Positions 18,162 to 28,918 of a DNA stretch of 60,571 nt are shown in pieces. Made by a program: the position numbers and the translations under genes. Under the pieces are notes generated by a model. That model worked only from the letters and a program-made list of their open reading frames with translations, did no database searches and was not told the origin of the DNA. The number at the start of each line of letters is the position of its first letter. Positions within the stretch are counted from its first letter, which is position 1. Location: positions 1-60,571 of the forward strand of contig DGEE01000120.1 of assembly GCA_002385815.1 (NCBI GenBank). Reading direction: 5' to 3'. This DNA comes from Hungateiclostridiaceae bacterium UBA3934 (lineage in GTDB: Bacteria > Bacillota > Clostridia > Acetivibrionales > DTU013).

Positions 18162-20255
18162 TTACTCAAGCTTGAATCTTGCTATGGCTTTTTGAAGTTC
18201 TTCAGAAGAGCTTTTGAGTTCATCTGCAAACCGGGAAAGCTCTTCAATAAAGGAAAGCTGCTCTTGTGTAGAGGCTGTGACTTCCTGGGTGGAAGCAGCT
18301 GTTTGCTGTGATACGGCTGAAATATTCTGGATGGAGTTTATGGCATGTGCCTTGTTTTCCTCCATGTCGACAACTCCGGACATTATTTGCTCAACCTGCT
18401 GCGACAGGTTTTCCATCGATCTCATGATATGGGTGAATATTTCAATAGTCCTCTGAACAGCCTCATTTTGCGTTTTCAGGATGGTCTCAGCGTCAGCTGC
18501 CTTATCTGATGTTTTGATCATCTGGTTCTGTGTGGCTTTAATTATGTCGGCTATTTCACGTGACGATTCCATGGACATTTCGGCAAGCTTCCTGACCTCT
18601 TCGGCGACGACAGCAAAACCTTTGCCGGCATCACCAGCCCTGGCGGCTTCTATGGCGGCATTGAGCGATAAAAGGTTAGTCTGGTCGGCGATGCCGCTGA
18701 TTACTTTTATTATCTTACCAATAGAAAGAGACTGGGTTTCAAGGTTCTTTATGTCCTCTATTATCTCTCTTGTGATGTCTGTGGTCTCGCCGGCCTTGAC
18801 ATCAAGATCTTTTACAGTGGCAAGTCCGTTCTGTGTCAATTCCTTGGTGTTTCCTGTAAGTTCGTCGATTTGCTTCGCGCTGACGATCACTTCGTTGATT
18901 TTTTCATCCAGTATGCTTATCTTTCTGACTCCCTGCTCGGCATCAGAGGCCTGTGCGGAAGCACCGGTCGATATCTCCTGTATTGCGCGTGTTATTTCCT
19001 TCGAGACGTTGGTTACATGCTGTGATGTCGATGTAACCATACCTGCTGAAGCTGTGACCTTCTCAGCGACTCCTGTGGCCTGTTCAATCAGGCTTCTCAT
19101 ATTGGCGATCATTGAGTTGATGCTTCTGGTCAGTTCACCAAGCTCGTCTTTTCTGCGGGACTGGAGGGTGATGGTCAGGTCGCCGGAGGCCGCTTTGGCA
19201 GATGCATTTATAACCCTGTTTATCGTTCTGCCCATACTGTTGGCCAGGATTATACCGGAGGTGACAGCTATGATTCCGGCGATAATGCAGAAAAACAAAG
19301 TGGAGAAAATTATCGCACGCGTCGACGCTGCAAGGGCAGCAGAAGGTATCAGAGTCATTATTACGTTGCCGGTATCTGAGATCTTCCTGTAGATCATGAG
19401 ATGGTCTATACCTTCCATAGTCACGGTTTCAAGGCCATTGACCTCCTCAGAACCTGTCAGCCTTCTGTAGAAATCCTGTTCGGGCAGCGTGCTTATATCG
19501 GTTATATCGATTCCATTTGCTATGATCCTGTTATCAGGGGTGACAAGTATGAACTGCTGTCCTTCAAGTATCGTCTGTGAATCAGACAACTGCTTTAATA
19601 AGTCAGGCTTTATATCTATTACCAAAAGACCGATGACCTGCCTTGAATCAGTGGTTCTGACCAGCCTTGCAAAAGAAAGGGAATATGTATCTTTAGTTAT
19701 CCCCAAGGAACTGTCCAGTTCTTCGTGAAGTCCCAGCCATAACTTTGATGAGCTGTCTGCTTCAAGTTTTTTCATGAAAGGAGTATCGACGAGATCGCTG
19801 AACCTTATGTGCTGGTCAGGGCTGGTGGAAACGGCACCAATATTATCGTCGGCGGGGATCAGCAGTATGCTGCCGATCTCACCACTGAACCGGGTTATAT
19901 TGATAAGGGCCTGTCTGGCCTTCTCAGCGGCGTGATCCCCGGACAGATAATCAAGCACATCGCCGTTTGCAATAATCTGACCTGCAGAGTTTTCTACCAT
20001 CTGAAGTATTACTTCGAGGTATTTTCCGCTGTTTTCCAGTCCTGATTCAGATGACTCCATTATACTCATCCGGGCCATCCTGGAGGAATTCGAGTAAGTA
20101 ATTATACCCTGCACTGCAATCAGCGAGACAGGTATAAGGAACACCAGGATCAGCTTGGTGCGTATTTTCCTGATGTCTTTGAACAGACGAGGCAGATCCT
20201 TCAGGAAGCTCACGGGTCTTTTTATTATTTTTGCAAAGGAATCTAATATGCTCAT
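18162..20255 (-). CDS. methyl-accepting chemotaxis protein (extracellular sensor domain + HAMP + MA)
   Basis: 697 aa. Two TM helices flank an about 270-aa sensor region. The signalling hairpin [37 protein letters not shown] was read directly. Confidence 0.93.
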   Translation of the reverse strand: MSILDSFAKIIKRPVSFLKDLPRLFKDIRKIRTKLILVFLIPVSLIAVQGIITYSNSSRMARMSIMESSESGLENSGKYLEVILQMVENSAGQIIANGDVLDYLSGDHAAEKARQALINITRFSGEIGSILLIPADDNIGAVSTSPDQHIRFSDLVDTPFMKKLEADSSSKLWLGLHEELDSSLGITKDTYSLSFARLVRTTDSRQVIGLLVIDIKPDLLKQLSDSQTILEGQQFILVTPDNRIIANGIDITDISTLPEQDFYRRLTGSEEVNGLETVTMEGIDHLMIYRKISDTGNVIMTLIPSAALAASTRAIIFSTLFFCIIAGIIAVTSGIILANSMGRTINRVINASAKAASGDLTITLQSRRKDELGELTRSINSMIANMRSLIEQATGVAEKVTASAGMVTSTSQHVTNVSKEITRAIQEISTGASAQASDAEQGVRKISILDEKINEVIVSAKQIDELTGNTKELTQNGLATVKDLDVKAGETTDITREIIEDIKNLETQSLSIGKIIKVISGIADQTNLLSLNAAIEAARAGDAGKGFAVVAEEVRKLAEMSMESSREIADIIKATQNQMIKTSDKAADAETILKTQNEAVQRTIEIFTHIMRSMENLSQQVEQIMSGVVDMEENKAHAINSIQNISAVSQQTAASTQEVTASTQEQLSFIEELSRFADELKSSSEELQKAIARFKLE

Positions 20256-20514
20256 AAGATACCAACTTTCGTCATAATATTATATTTTTATATAATTTCG
20301 ACAAAATATCTTAAAATCCTTTTTTAAACTGGAAAATATTAATGTTCAATTGTGTACTGCCGTCGTGGATACACAGCTCTGCGACTCTGGAATATGGAAA
20401 GGGAATATGTTATTATTGGTAAGGGGAAAAAGAGGACATACCTTCTTTGTATGTAACTCTTACAAATGCGAGTAAAGCGTATTCTTTTAATAGCCTGTCG
20501 CCGGGGGTGTTGTT

Positions 20515-22929
20515 TTGAAAAAGAAAAAAGTACAGAAGAAAAGACGTAAAGCAGAAAAGCAGGTCCAGATAGAACATTTCAATGAAATCCAGGGTATTTT
20601 GGTGCTCGCGCTCGGAGTACTTATGCTTCTTAGCTTTTATATAAAGAATTCCATAGGGAGATTTGGCATGTTTATCAGGGAAGCATCTCTCGGTATACTG
20701 GGTATACCAGCATTCCTGATACCTCCCCTGATAATCCTGTACGGGATGCTCCTGATAGCCGCGTATAATAAAATCGACCTTAAAAAGAAGCCTTTGTATG
20801 TGTTCATACTGTTTGCCCTGGTGTCAGCACTTATACAGACGGGCAGTTATGACCCCGAAGGTTTTTCCGGGATAACCCCGCTGAAGGCATTGGAGAGATT
20901 CTATCTTGAAGGCGCTGCTCTGTCAGGGGGAGGCGTGATAGGCGGTCTTATCAGCCTTCCATTCCTGGTAACATTTCAGGTGCCGGGCACTATTATTATA
21001 CTTACAGCATTGTCACTGATCGACATAATCCTTTTGACAAATAAATCTATAGCAGATTTTTTCAGAAACATCCGGAGTCTTGTCTCTAAAAGGAAAAAAG
21101 CACGGCAAAGTGACGAAACAGAATTAGATGATTTACAGCCTGTAATCGAGGAAAATGGTGATGAAATATCGCTGCGGTTTGACAAGCCTAAAGTCATAGA
21201 CTTCAGAATAGAAAAAACAGCAAGAGAACTTAAAAAGCATCAAAAAAGAAAAGAAGGCAGTGCAAAAGCAAAGCTTCTGCCGGAGGATGATACGGATGTC
21301 AGTATTGAGTACATCGGACCTGAGGAATCAGCAACAGAACTGGTCATCGATGACATAAAAAAATCGCACAGCAGCAAAAAATCAGCCGGCAGGAGGAGAA
21401 CTGCCAATAAAACAGTTGAAGAACCAGGATTGCAGGAGATAGTAATCAAGGGACCTGCGAAGGCAAAAAAGCAGAATACGAAGTATGTTTTCCCGCCATT
21501 AGATCTGCTGATAGAAGAAGATCCTGACACCGGGAGCTCGAGGAGCTACCGCAGCCAGGCGCTGGAAGGGGCAAAAAAGCTTGAAGAGACGTTGCTCAGC
21601 TTTGGCGTCTCCGCCAAGGTGGTCAATGTCACGAGGGGTCCTACGGTAACCAGATATGAACTGCAACCCAGTGCTGGTGTCAAAGTAAGCAGGATCGTCA
21701 ATTTATCAGATGATATCGCTCTGAATCTGGCGGCGCCCGGGATAAGGATCGAAGCGCCCATACCGGGGAAAGCGGCCATAGGGATCGAGGTACCCAACAG
21801 GGAAATAAATATGGTGCGTTTGCGGGAAGTGCTGGAATCCGCTGAGTTTGCACGGCATCCGTCAAAGATCGCATTTGCTGCCGGGAAAGATATTTCGGGA
21901 GAACCTGTAATAGCAGATATATCTAAAATGCCTCATCTGCTGATAGCAGGAGCGACAGGTTCCGGTAAGAGTGTATGTATCAATTGTCTGATCATGAGTA
22001 TCCTGTACAAATCTTCGCCGGATGAGGTCAAACTTCTTCTGATCGACCCCAAGGTGGTCGAGCTGGGAGTGTACAATGGCATACCTCATTTGCTCATACC
22101 TGTCGTGACTGACCCTAAAAAGGCTGCCGGTGCACTGAACTGGGCTGTCCAGGAAATGGTGAACAGATACAAGTTGTTTGCTGAAAAAAATGTCAGAGAT
22201 ATAAAAGGTTATAATGCTCTTGTGTCACGAACAGACGATGAGCCGGTCATGCCCCAGATAGTGATAATAATAGATGAACTGGCAGATTTGATGATGGTCG
22301 CCCCCAATGAGGTCGAAGATGCCATATGCAGACTTGCGCAGATGGCCAGGGCTGCTGGGATGCACCTTGTACTTGCAACACAGCGGCCGTCTGTCGATGT
22401 GATTACGGGAGTTATCAAAGCCAACATACCCTCCAGGATTTCTTTTGCTGTTTCTTCGCAGGTGGACTCGAGGACGATACTCGATATGGCCGGTGCCGAA
22501 AAGCTTCTCGGCAGAGGAGACATGCTGATGCATCCTGTAGGAAAGCCAAAGCCGGTCAGGATCCAGGGGGCCAATATAACTGATGCAGAGATAGAGAGGG
22601 TCGTTGAATATATCAAGGCCCAGGGCGATGCTGAGTATGATGATGAAATAATTGAGGAAATAAACAGTGATGACAAACCTGACACCAGTGACGACGGCGA
22701 CAATGATGAGTTGCTGCCTCAGGCGATAGACCTTGTGATCGATGCAGGGCAGGCATCTGTTTCCTTTATCCAGCGAAAATTCAGAGTCGGCTATGCCAGA
22801 GCGGGGAGGATAATAGATCAGATGGAGGCCAGAGGGATCATCAGCGGACATGAAGGCAGCAAACCAAGGCAGGTACTGATAACAAAGCAGCAGTGGCACG
22901 AAATGCAGATGGCTCAAAAAGATGAATAA
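20515..22929 (+). CDS. ftsK: DNA translocase FtsK/SpoIIIE
   Basis: TTG start behind GGGGGTG. N-terminal TM helices, Walker A GATGSGKS, Walker B IIIDELADLM, C-terminal gamma domain FIQRKFRVGYARAGRIIDQME. Confidence 0.95.
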   Translation: MKKKKVQKKRRKAEKQVQIEHFNEIQGILVLALGVLMLLSFYIKNSIGRFGMFIREASLGILGIPAFLIPPLIILYGMLLIAAYNKIDLKKKPLYVFILFALVSALIQTGSYDPEGFSGITPLKALERFYLEGAALSGGGVIGGLISLPFLVTFQVPGTIIILTALSLIDIILLTNKSIADFFRNIRSLVSKRKKARQSDETELDDLQPVIEENGDEISLRFDKPKVIDFRIEKTARELKKHQKRKEGSAKAKLLPEDDTDVSIEYIGPEESATELVIDDIKKSHSSKKSAGRRRTANKTVEEPGLQEIVIKGPAKAKKQNTKYVFPPLDLLIEEDPDTGSSRSYRSQALEGAKKLEETLLSFGVSAKVVNVTRGPTVTRYELQPSAGVKVSRIVNLSDDIALNLAAPGIRIEAPIPGKAAIGIEVPNREINMVRLREVLESAEFARHPSKIAFAAGKDISGEPVIADISKMPHLLIAGATGSGKSVCINCLIMSILYKSSPDEVKLLLIDPKVVELGVYNGIPHLLIPVVTDPKKAAGALNWAVQEMVNRYKLFAEKNVRDIKGYNALVSRTDDEPVMPQIVIIIDELADLMMVAPNEVEDAICRLAQMARAAGMHLVLATQRPSVDVITGVIKANIPSRISFAVSSQVDSRTILDMAGAEKLLGRGDMLMHPVGKPKPVRIQGANITDAEIERVVEYIKAQGDAEYDDEIIEEINSDDKPDTSDDGDNDELLPQAIDLVIDAGQASVSFIQRKFRVGYARAGRIIDQMEARGIISGHEGSKPRQVLITKQQWHEMQMAQKDE

Positions 22930-22984
22930 CATTCTGGTGGGAGTTGCATGTCAGTCAGATCCCATCGGACAAAGGAGTGTCGGC

Positions 22985-24709
22985 ATGACGATCGTCAACG
23001 GGTTCATCATTTCCATGATACTATTGTTGTTTTTATATTCATTGTACAGGGCAGTAAAAAGAAAAAGCCTGCTTATGATGATCCCCGTCTGTATGCAGGT
23101 ATTCGCCGCAGTTGTAGCATTAATGAGTTTCATCAACGATGTGGAACCATTGCCTGCGATAGAAGGAGTTTTTATTCTTTTCGGCATAGTACCGCCTTCA
23201 GTTTTATTGATCCATGATTACAGGAGCATGATAAGAGGATTCAAAGAGAAAGGTGAGTTCGAAGGGCTTGTCAGGAGTATAAAGGAAAACAAGTCCTTTT
23301 CATCATTTCCGCCGGGAGGAATAAATGGCATCAGGAAGAGGAAGGCGTTGTCCGAGCTCATGGCGGATCTTCAATTTTTACCTGAAGATATCAGGACAAA
23401 TTTCAGGAGATGTCTTATACAGGCTCATACAGCGCTGAACAAAGGAGATGCAGCAGAGGCTGCTCAAATTTATAAAACCTTATCAAAAGCAGCAGGCAAG
23501 TCCTATACGCTGTATTACAATTACGGATGTCTTTGCTGTGAGCTGTCACTGTTCGAAGAAGCCCAAAGAGCATTTCAGAAGTCACTCCACATTTTCAGCG
23601 GCCCCGATGGCGAGGAGCATACTATTTACTATAATCTTGGGAATACTTTATTCATGCTGAGAAAATACGGGAGGGCTGCTGGTTTCTATGAAAAGGCCCT
23701 GGAGCTCATGCCTGACGACACGGAAGCTCTCGAAAACCTTTCATTTGCGTATGTAAGGATGGGACAGCCGGATAAAGCAGTAGAGGTCATGAACAGGATC
23801 CCCGCCGATGATGCCGGATACCGGACTCATTATGTCAGGGGGAAATTGCTGGCTGAAGCAGGTAAAGCAGAAGAGGCCGAGTCTGAACTGAAAAATGCAT
23901 GCCGACTGAATGCGGACAGCATCGAGGCACGCGAAGAACTGGCAAAGCTTTTGATGAGACATAACAAAACTGATGAAGCCATATCCCTGTTCGACGAGAT
24001 ACTGCAGTTGGATCCTGAGAATCATACGGCATGGCACAACAAAGCAAATGCATATGCAAGAAAAGGACTTTGGACTGATGCCGCTGCTTCCTGGAAGGAG
24101 GCAGTAAGGCTGAAGCCGGACTTTCACAGAGCATGGTACAATATGGCATTGGCTCTGGACGAATCAGGTAATCGGCAGGCAGCTATAAAGGCATATATGA
24201 AGACTATCGAGCTGGAACCTGACTTCACTGAGGCATATAACAATCTGGGAATTGCATTTTGCCTGGAGGGGATGAGGGAAGAAGCGCTGGAGGTTTATGA
24301 GGAAGCTGTCAGAAGGGACCCGGGTGATCACAGTCTGTTTTTCAACATGGGTGTCTGCCTGATGGAGGACAGAAGATATAAGGAAGCAGCCGACGCCTTC
24401 AGAAAGGCACTTGATCTGAAGCCGGATGAACTGGAGATATATTACTATCTGGGTGCGGTATTGACAGAGATGCGCCACTACAATGACGCCATCGATGCAT
24501 ACAGCTCAGCCCTGAAGATCAAGCCATCAGACGGTGAGCTGCAGTATCATCTCGCTTCAGTATATGCCATGCTCGGACGCCATGATATAGCCATGGAAAC
24601 TCTCAGAGCTGCTATAGAAGCTGACAGATCACTTATTGAAGATGTCAGGGTCAACAGTGCATTTGACGGTCTAAGGGGAAAAAGTGAATTCAGGAAGCTG
24701 ATATCATGA
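22985..24709 (+). CDS. membrane-anchored tetratricopeptide-repeat protein
   Basis: Start ATG 22985 behind AAAGGAG. Three N-terminal hydrophobic helices, then more than 10 TPR-like 34-aa repeats (recurrent A..Y...L...P motifs). Confidence 0.75.
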   Translation: MTIVNGFIISMILLLFLYSLYRAVKRKSLLMMIPVCMQVFAAVVALMSFINDVEPLPAIEGVFILFGIVPPSVLLIHDYRSMIRGFKEKGEFEGLVRSIKENKSFSSFPPGGINGIRKRKALSELMADLQFLPEDIRTNFRRCLIQAHTALNKGDAAEAAQIYKTLSKAAGKSYTLYYNYGCLCCELSLFEEAQRAFQKSLHIFSGPDGEEHTIYYNLGNTLFMLRKYGRAAGFYEKALELMPDDTEALENLSFAYVRMGQPDKAVEVMNRIPADDAGYRTHYVRGKLLAEAGKAEEAESELKNACRLNADSIEAREELAKLLMRHNKTDEAISLFDEILQLDPENHTAWHNKANAYARKGLWTDAAASWKEAVRLKPDFHRAWYNMALALDESGNRQAAIKAYMKTIELEPDFTEAYNNLGIAFCLEGMREEALEVYEEAVRRDPGDHSLFFNMGVCLMEDRRYKEAADAFRKALDLKPDELEIYYYLGAVLTEMRHYNDAIDAYSSALKIKPSDGELQYHLASVYAMLGRHDIAMETLRAAIEADRSLIEDVRVNSAFDGLRGKSEFRKLIS

Positions 24710-24833
24710 CTATTCTGTGTCGGGTACCTGTGCACCGGCAGGATCAGGATATCAGCGCTGAAATCCTGACCATCGGGAAGATAAGGCGTCTGGTGCGGTA
24801 TGATCAGCCGGAGTACCGGATGCCCTGTTTTTC

Positions 24834-24862
24834 TTGACATAAAAATTAAAAAAGTTTACAAT
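24834..24862 (+). promoter_or_regulatory. sigma-A type promoter for rny (TTGACA-17-TACAAT)
   Basis: TTGACA at 24834-24839, 17-nt spacer, TACAAT at 24857-24862. Implies an about 185-nt leader. Confidence 0.6.
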
Positions 24863-25047
24863 TAAGCTATGTTTCGTAAGAAAACAGACAGTGCAAGCTG
24901 TTTGAGCATTGTGAACAGCCGGTTTGAAAGGTAAAAGGCGGTTGTCGGTTCATTATTTGACTGTCCGTTCAGCGGGCAGCTTTTGATCACGATCGACTCT
25001 ATATCCATACAACCGGCGTCTGACCATTGAAAACTGAATAACAGGAG

Positions 25048-26616
25048 GTGTGTGCTATTTTTGAATTGGCTATTGGAATTTTGATTGGCCTTGCAATTGG
25101 AGCAGTAATTGCTTCTTTTATATCGTTTCGGATCGGATATAACCGCAGAAAGATCGATGCTGAAGCTGAAATCGGAAGTGCTGAACAGGAATCCAGGCGA
25201 ATCATCAACGAAGCTTTGAAAACGGCTGAAAGTAAAAAACGGGAAGCGTTGCTCGAAGCTAAGGAGGAGGTTCACAGAAGCAGGATCGAGCTTGACAGGG
25301 AGATCAAAGAGAGACGAAGCGAAATCCAAAGGCAGGAAAGAAGACTCGTCCAGAAGGAAGAGACATTGGACAAAAAAGTTGAAGCCATTGAGCAAAAGGA
25401 CGAGCTGCTTAACAGGAAGCTGAAGGAAATTCAGGTCACACAGGAGAAAACAGCTGAACTTCACAGGCAACAGCTTGAGGAACTTGAAAGGATATCCGGG
25501 CTGTCCATCGAAGAAGCAAAGCAGTATCTGCTCAGGAATGTTGAAAATGAAGTCAGACATGAGATGGCAGTACTTGTGAAGGAACTGGAGGCAAAGGCCA
25601 GGGAAGAGGCAGAGACTAAAGCGAGAGACATCATCGCCACTGCGATCCAGAAATGTGCTGCAGACCACGTATCTGAAACCACGGTTTCTGTTGTTCCACT
25701 GCCCAACGATGAGATGAAAGGCCGTATCATAGGCCGTGAAGGAAGGAACATCAGGACTCTCGAAACTCTTACGGGGATAGATCTCATTATCGATGACACT
25801 CCGGAAGCAGTTATCCTGTCAGGATTTGATCCCATCAGGAGAGAAGTCGCACGAATAACGCTGGAGAAGCTTATTCTCGATGGAAGGATCCATCCAGCCA
25901 GAATCGAGGAAATGGTGGAAAAGGCCAAAAAAGAGGTCGACAACACGATACGCCAGGAAGGTGATCGGGCCACATTCGAGACAGGTGTGCACGGATTACA
26001 TCCCGAACTGGTAAAGCTTCTTGGAAAGCTCAAGTTCAGGACAAGTTACGGACAGAATGTGCTGAATCATTCAATCGAGGTGTCAACGCTGGCAGGCATC
26101 ATGGCAGCGGAGCTCGGAGCAGATGTGAATCTTGCGAAAAGAGCAGGTCTGTTGCATGATATAGGCAAAGCTGTTGACCATGAAATGGAAGGTTCGCATA
26201 TCACTATCGGTGCAGATCTCGCCAGGAAGTACAAGGAAGGCAGCGACGTAGTCAATGCCATATTGTCACATCACGGGGATGTAGAGCCTACATCGATAAT
26301 AGCTGTACTTGTTCAGGCAGCTGATTCGGTTTCCGCGGCAAGACCGGGCGCAAGAAGAGAAACGCTCGAATCATATATAAAACGGATTGAGAAACTTGAA
26401 GAAATAGCAAATTCCTTCCCCGGTGTGGATAAATGCTATGCCATACAGGCGGGCAGGGAAATAAGGATCATCGTAAAGCCAGAAGATGTATCAGATGATG
26501 AAATAGTATTGAAAGCAAGAGAAATAGTCCAAAAAATCGAAAGTGAACTTGAATATCCCGGTCAGATAAAGGTCAATGTAATTCGTGAAACAAGAGCAAT
26601 CGAATATGCAAAATGA
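25048..26616 (+). CDS. rny: ribonuclease Y
   Basis: N-terminal TM, coiled-coil, KH ([15 protein letters not shown]) and HD (LLHDIGK) domains. C-terminus [12 protein letters not shown] is near-identical to Bacillus Rny. Exact start uncertain. Confidence 0.95.
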   Translation: MCAIFELAIGILIGLAIGAVIASFISFRIGYNRRKIDAEAEIGSAEQESRRIINEALKTAESKKREALLEAKEEVHRSRIELDREIKERRSEIQRQERRLVQKEETLDKKVEAIEQKDELLNRKLKEIQVTQEKTAELHRQQLEELERISGLSIEEAKQYLLRNVENEVRHEMAVLVKELEAKAREEAETKARDIIATAIQKCAADHVSETTVSVVPLPNDEMKGRIIGREGRNIRTLETLTGIDLIIDDTPEAVILSGFDPIRREVARITLEKLILDGRIHPARIEEMVEKAKKEVDNTIRQEGDRATFETGVHGLHPELVKLLGKLKFRTSYGQNVLNHSIEVSTLAGIMAAELGADVNLAKRAGLLHDIGKAVDHEMEGSHITIGADLARKYKEGSDVVNAILSHHGDVEPTSIIAVLVQAADSVSAARPGARRETLESYIKRIEKLEEIANSFPGVDKCYAIQAGREIRIIVKPEDVSDDEIVLKAREIVQKIESELEYPGQIKVNVIRETRAIEYAK

Positions 26617-26630
26617 AATCGGAAAGAAAT

Positions 26631-26655
26631 AAAAAGCGTGCAATGCACGCTTTTT
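26631..26655 (+). terminator. intrinsic terminator after rny
   Basis: AAAAAGCGTGC aat GCACGCTTTTT. Confidence 0.8.
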
Positions 26656-26703
26656 ATGTTATAGTAAAATAGATCAGACGCATATTATTAGTGACGGAGG
26701 ATC

Positions 26704-27483
26704 ATGGACTTGAGAGTATTGTTTATCGGAGATATCGTAGGCAGTCCGGGACGGAAAGCAGTCAAAAAATATATCGGTGAGCTGCGCAGCAAATACCGGT
26801 TTGATTATTGTGTCGCCAACGGTGAAAATGCAGCCGGTGGTTCCGGGATCACTTATGTGGTGGCCCAGGAATTGTATAACTGCGGCATACATGCTGTAAC
26901 CATGGGAAATCACACCTGGTCCAAAAGGGAGATCACCAACTTCATTGAAGGAGACACGAGGCTGGCAAGACCTGCCAATTATCCGCCCGGGCTTCCCGGA
27001 CAGGGAACGGTCATAATCGACGGCAGGCTTGGCGTTATAAGCCTCCTCGGGAGAATATACATGGATCCGGTGGATTGTCCTTTCAGAACACTGGACAGGG
27101 AACTGGAGTTGTTGAAGAAGCAGGTTAAAGCAGTTGTAGTTGATATCCATGCTGAAGCCACTTCTGAAAAATGTGCGCTGGCCTGGTATGCAGACGGCAG
27201 GGTCAGTGCTGTTATAGGTACTCATACTCATGTTCAGACGGCAGATGAGAGATTGCTCCCATGCGGTACAGCTTTCATCAGTGATGTCGGCATGACCGGT
27301 CCATACGAGGGCGTCATAGGAGTCAAAAGGGATCTGATAATCGAAAAATTCCGTACATCCATGCCTGTACGTTTCGAAGTGGCGAAAGGACCGGTTCAGT
27401 TCAATGGAGTCATCCTGGATATCGATGAAAAAACAGGCAGAACCCATGATATACAGCGCATTTCAAATGTGTTCAGTCTGTAA
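26704..27483 (+). CDS. ymdB: TIGR00282-family metallophosphoesterase (YmdB-like)
   Basis: FIGDIVG, ANGENAAGG and GNHTW motifs. rny-ymdB-spoVS synteny as in Bacillus. Confidence 0.9.
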   Translation: MDLRVLFIGDIVGSPGRKAVKKYIGELRSKYRFDYCVANGENAAGGSGITYVVAQELYNCGIHAVTMGNHTWSKREITNFIEGDTRLARPANYPPGLPGQGTVIIDGRLGVISLLGRIYMDPVDCPFRTLDRELELLKKQVKAVVVDIHAEATSEKCALAWYADGRVSAVIGTHTHVQTADERLLPCGTAFISDVGMTGPYEGVIGVKRDLIIEKFRTSMPVRFEVAKGPVQFNGVILDIDEKTGRTHDIQRISNVFSL

Positions 27484-27551
27484 TTACGGGTGATATGGAA
27501 ATGCTTTAATTATATAAAGCCGATTTATTTTACTAAATTTTAGCTCATTAA

Positions 27552-27579
27552 AGAGGAATTTGGGTTTTAATGTAGAATT
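27552..27579 (+). promoter_or_regulatory. possible sigma-H type promoter upstream of spoVS
   Basis: AGAGGAATT (27552-27560), then 13 nt, then AGAATT (27574-27579). Resembles the RnAGGAwwT / RGAAT sigma-H consensus. Bacillus spoVS is sigma-H dependent. Confidence 0.35.
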
Positions 27580-27626
27580 TTTCTAAATATAATAGAGAAT
27601 AATGTATGCAATAGGGGGTTATTATT

Positions 27627-27890
27627 ATGGATGTCTTAAAGATCTCAGCAAAATCAAATCCAAATTCCATAGCAGGTGCGCTGGCAGGAGTTATCAGAGA
27701 GCGAGGCGTGGCAGAAATGCAGGCTATAGGTGCCGGGGCTCTGAATCAGGCAGTGAAAGCAGTGGCAATCGCTCGTGGATTTGTAGCACCATCAGGTATC
27801 GAACTGATTTGTATCCCGGCTTTTACCGATATCATTATCGATGGTGAAGAGAGAACTGCAATCAAACTGATTGTAGAACCAAGAAAATAA
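27627..27890 (+). CDS. spoVS: stage V sporulation protein S
   Basis: 87 aa. MDVLKISAKSNPNSIAGALAGVIRE...AIGAGALNQAVKAVAIARGF is essentially the SpoVS consensus. Confidence 0.95.
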   Translation: MDVLKISAKSNPNSIAGALAGVIRERGVAEMQAIGAGALNQAVKAVAIARGFVAPSGIELICIPAFTDIIIDGEERTAIKLIVEPRK

Positions 27891-27906
27891 AGAATTGATT
27901 TACAGG

Positions 27907-27938
27907 CTGCCGGTCACTGAATGATCGGCAGTTTTTTT
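27907..27938 (+). terminator. intrinsic terminator after spoVS
   Basis: CTGCCGGTCA ctgaa TGATCGGCAG followed by TTTTTTT. Confidence 0.8.
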
Positions 27939-28068
27939 GAAAAACAAACCAGTGCCTGATACATATAAAAGCGTTTCGATCAGCTGCTATAAGCCTGTGG
28001 ATTCCTGTATTGAGTATGGATATCGGATGTGATAATATGTGATTGTGACAAGAGCGGAGGGACCTTTT

Positions 28069-28908
28069 TTGAAGAAGTATGAGAGGATAGGCAGAAGTAC
28101 GGTCCTGGTGACTGATGGATCGATGAAATATATCGAGTTTGAAAGTTTGAACAAATACAGAGATGTACTGGTGCATTTCATGAGCACCAGACACGGCGGT
28201 GTGAGCCGTGGAGAGTGCAGTACTCTCAATCTTGGTTTTGGCAGGAATGATGACAGGCAAAATGTCATTGAAAATTTCAGGCGGATATGCGATGCAACTG
28301 CAGTGGAAACTGAAAGCCTGGTTTTTACTAACCAGGTACATGGGACGAAAGTTTTGATGGTCGATGAAAATGACCGTGGAAAAGGTTTGGTGAAGGAAAG
28401 CGACCTGAAAGGATCAGATGGGCTGTTTACAGTAACTCCCAATGTAACTCTGGTTACTTTCCATGCAGACTGTGCTCCGATATTTCTGTTCGAGCCCTCG
28501 ATAAATGCTGCAGCACTTCTTCATTCCGGATGGAAAGGGACTCTTTCGGATATAGTATCAGAGGCGATGTCAGCAATGAAAAAGATCCCGGGATTCGATG
28601 CCGGAAGAGTCGAGGCTGTGATAGGGCCTTCGATAGGATTTTGCTGTTTCGAAGTGGATGAGGACGTTTACTGGCTGTTCAGGGACAAATATGCAGATGA
28701 TGCTTTCTACTGCCGAGTTTCCGATTCAAAATGGAAGATAGATCTCAAGGGGATCATCAAGACCAGGTTGGCTGAAGAAGGCATAGACGAGAAAAAGATA
28801 AATGACTGCGATATTTGCACAAAATGCCGTAATGATCTGTTCTTCTCATACAGAGGTGATATGGGCAGGACAGGCAGTATGGCTGCTTTTATGCAGATAA
28901 GACGATGA
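28069..28908 (+). CDS. pgeF: peptidoglycan editing factor PgeF (YfiH/DUF152 family)
   Basis: NQVHGTKV, HADCAPIFL and HSGWKGT motifs. Start is either TTG 28069 (GGAGGGA RBS) or ATG 28123. Confidence 0.88.
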   Translation: MKKYERIGRSTVLVTDGSMKYIEFESLNKYRDVLVHFMSTRHGGVSRGECSTLNLGFGRNDDRQNVIENFRRICDATAVETESLVFTNQVHGTKVLMVDENDRGKGLVKESDLKGSDGLFTVTPNVTLVTFHADCAPIFLFEPSINAAALLHSGWKGTLSDIVSEAMSAMKKIPGFDAGRVEAVIGPSIGFCCFEVDEDVYWLFRDKYADDAFYCRVSDSKWKIDLKGIIKTRLAEEGIDEKKINDCDICTKCRNDLFFSYRGDMGRTGSMAAFMQIRR

Positions 28909-28918
28909 GGAGTTTTTA

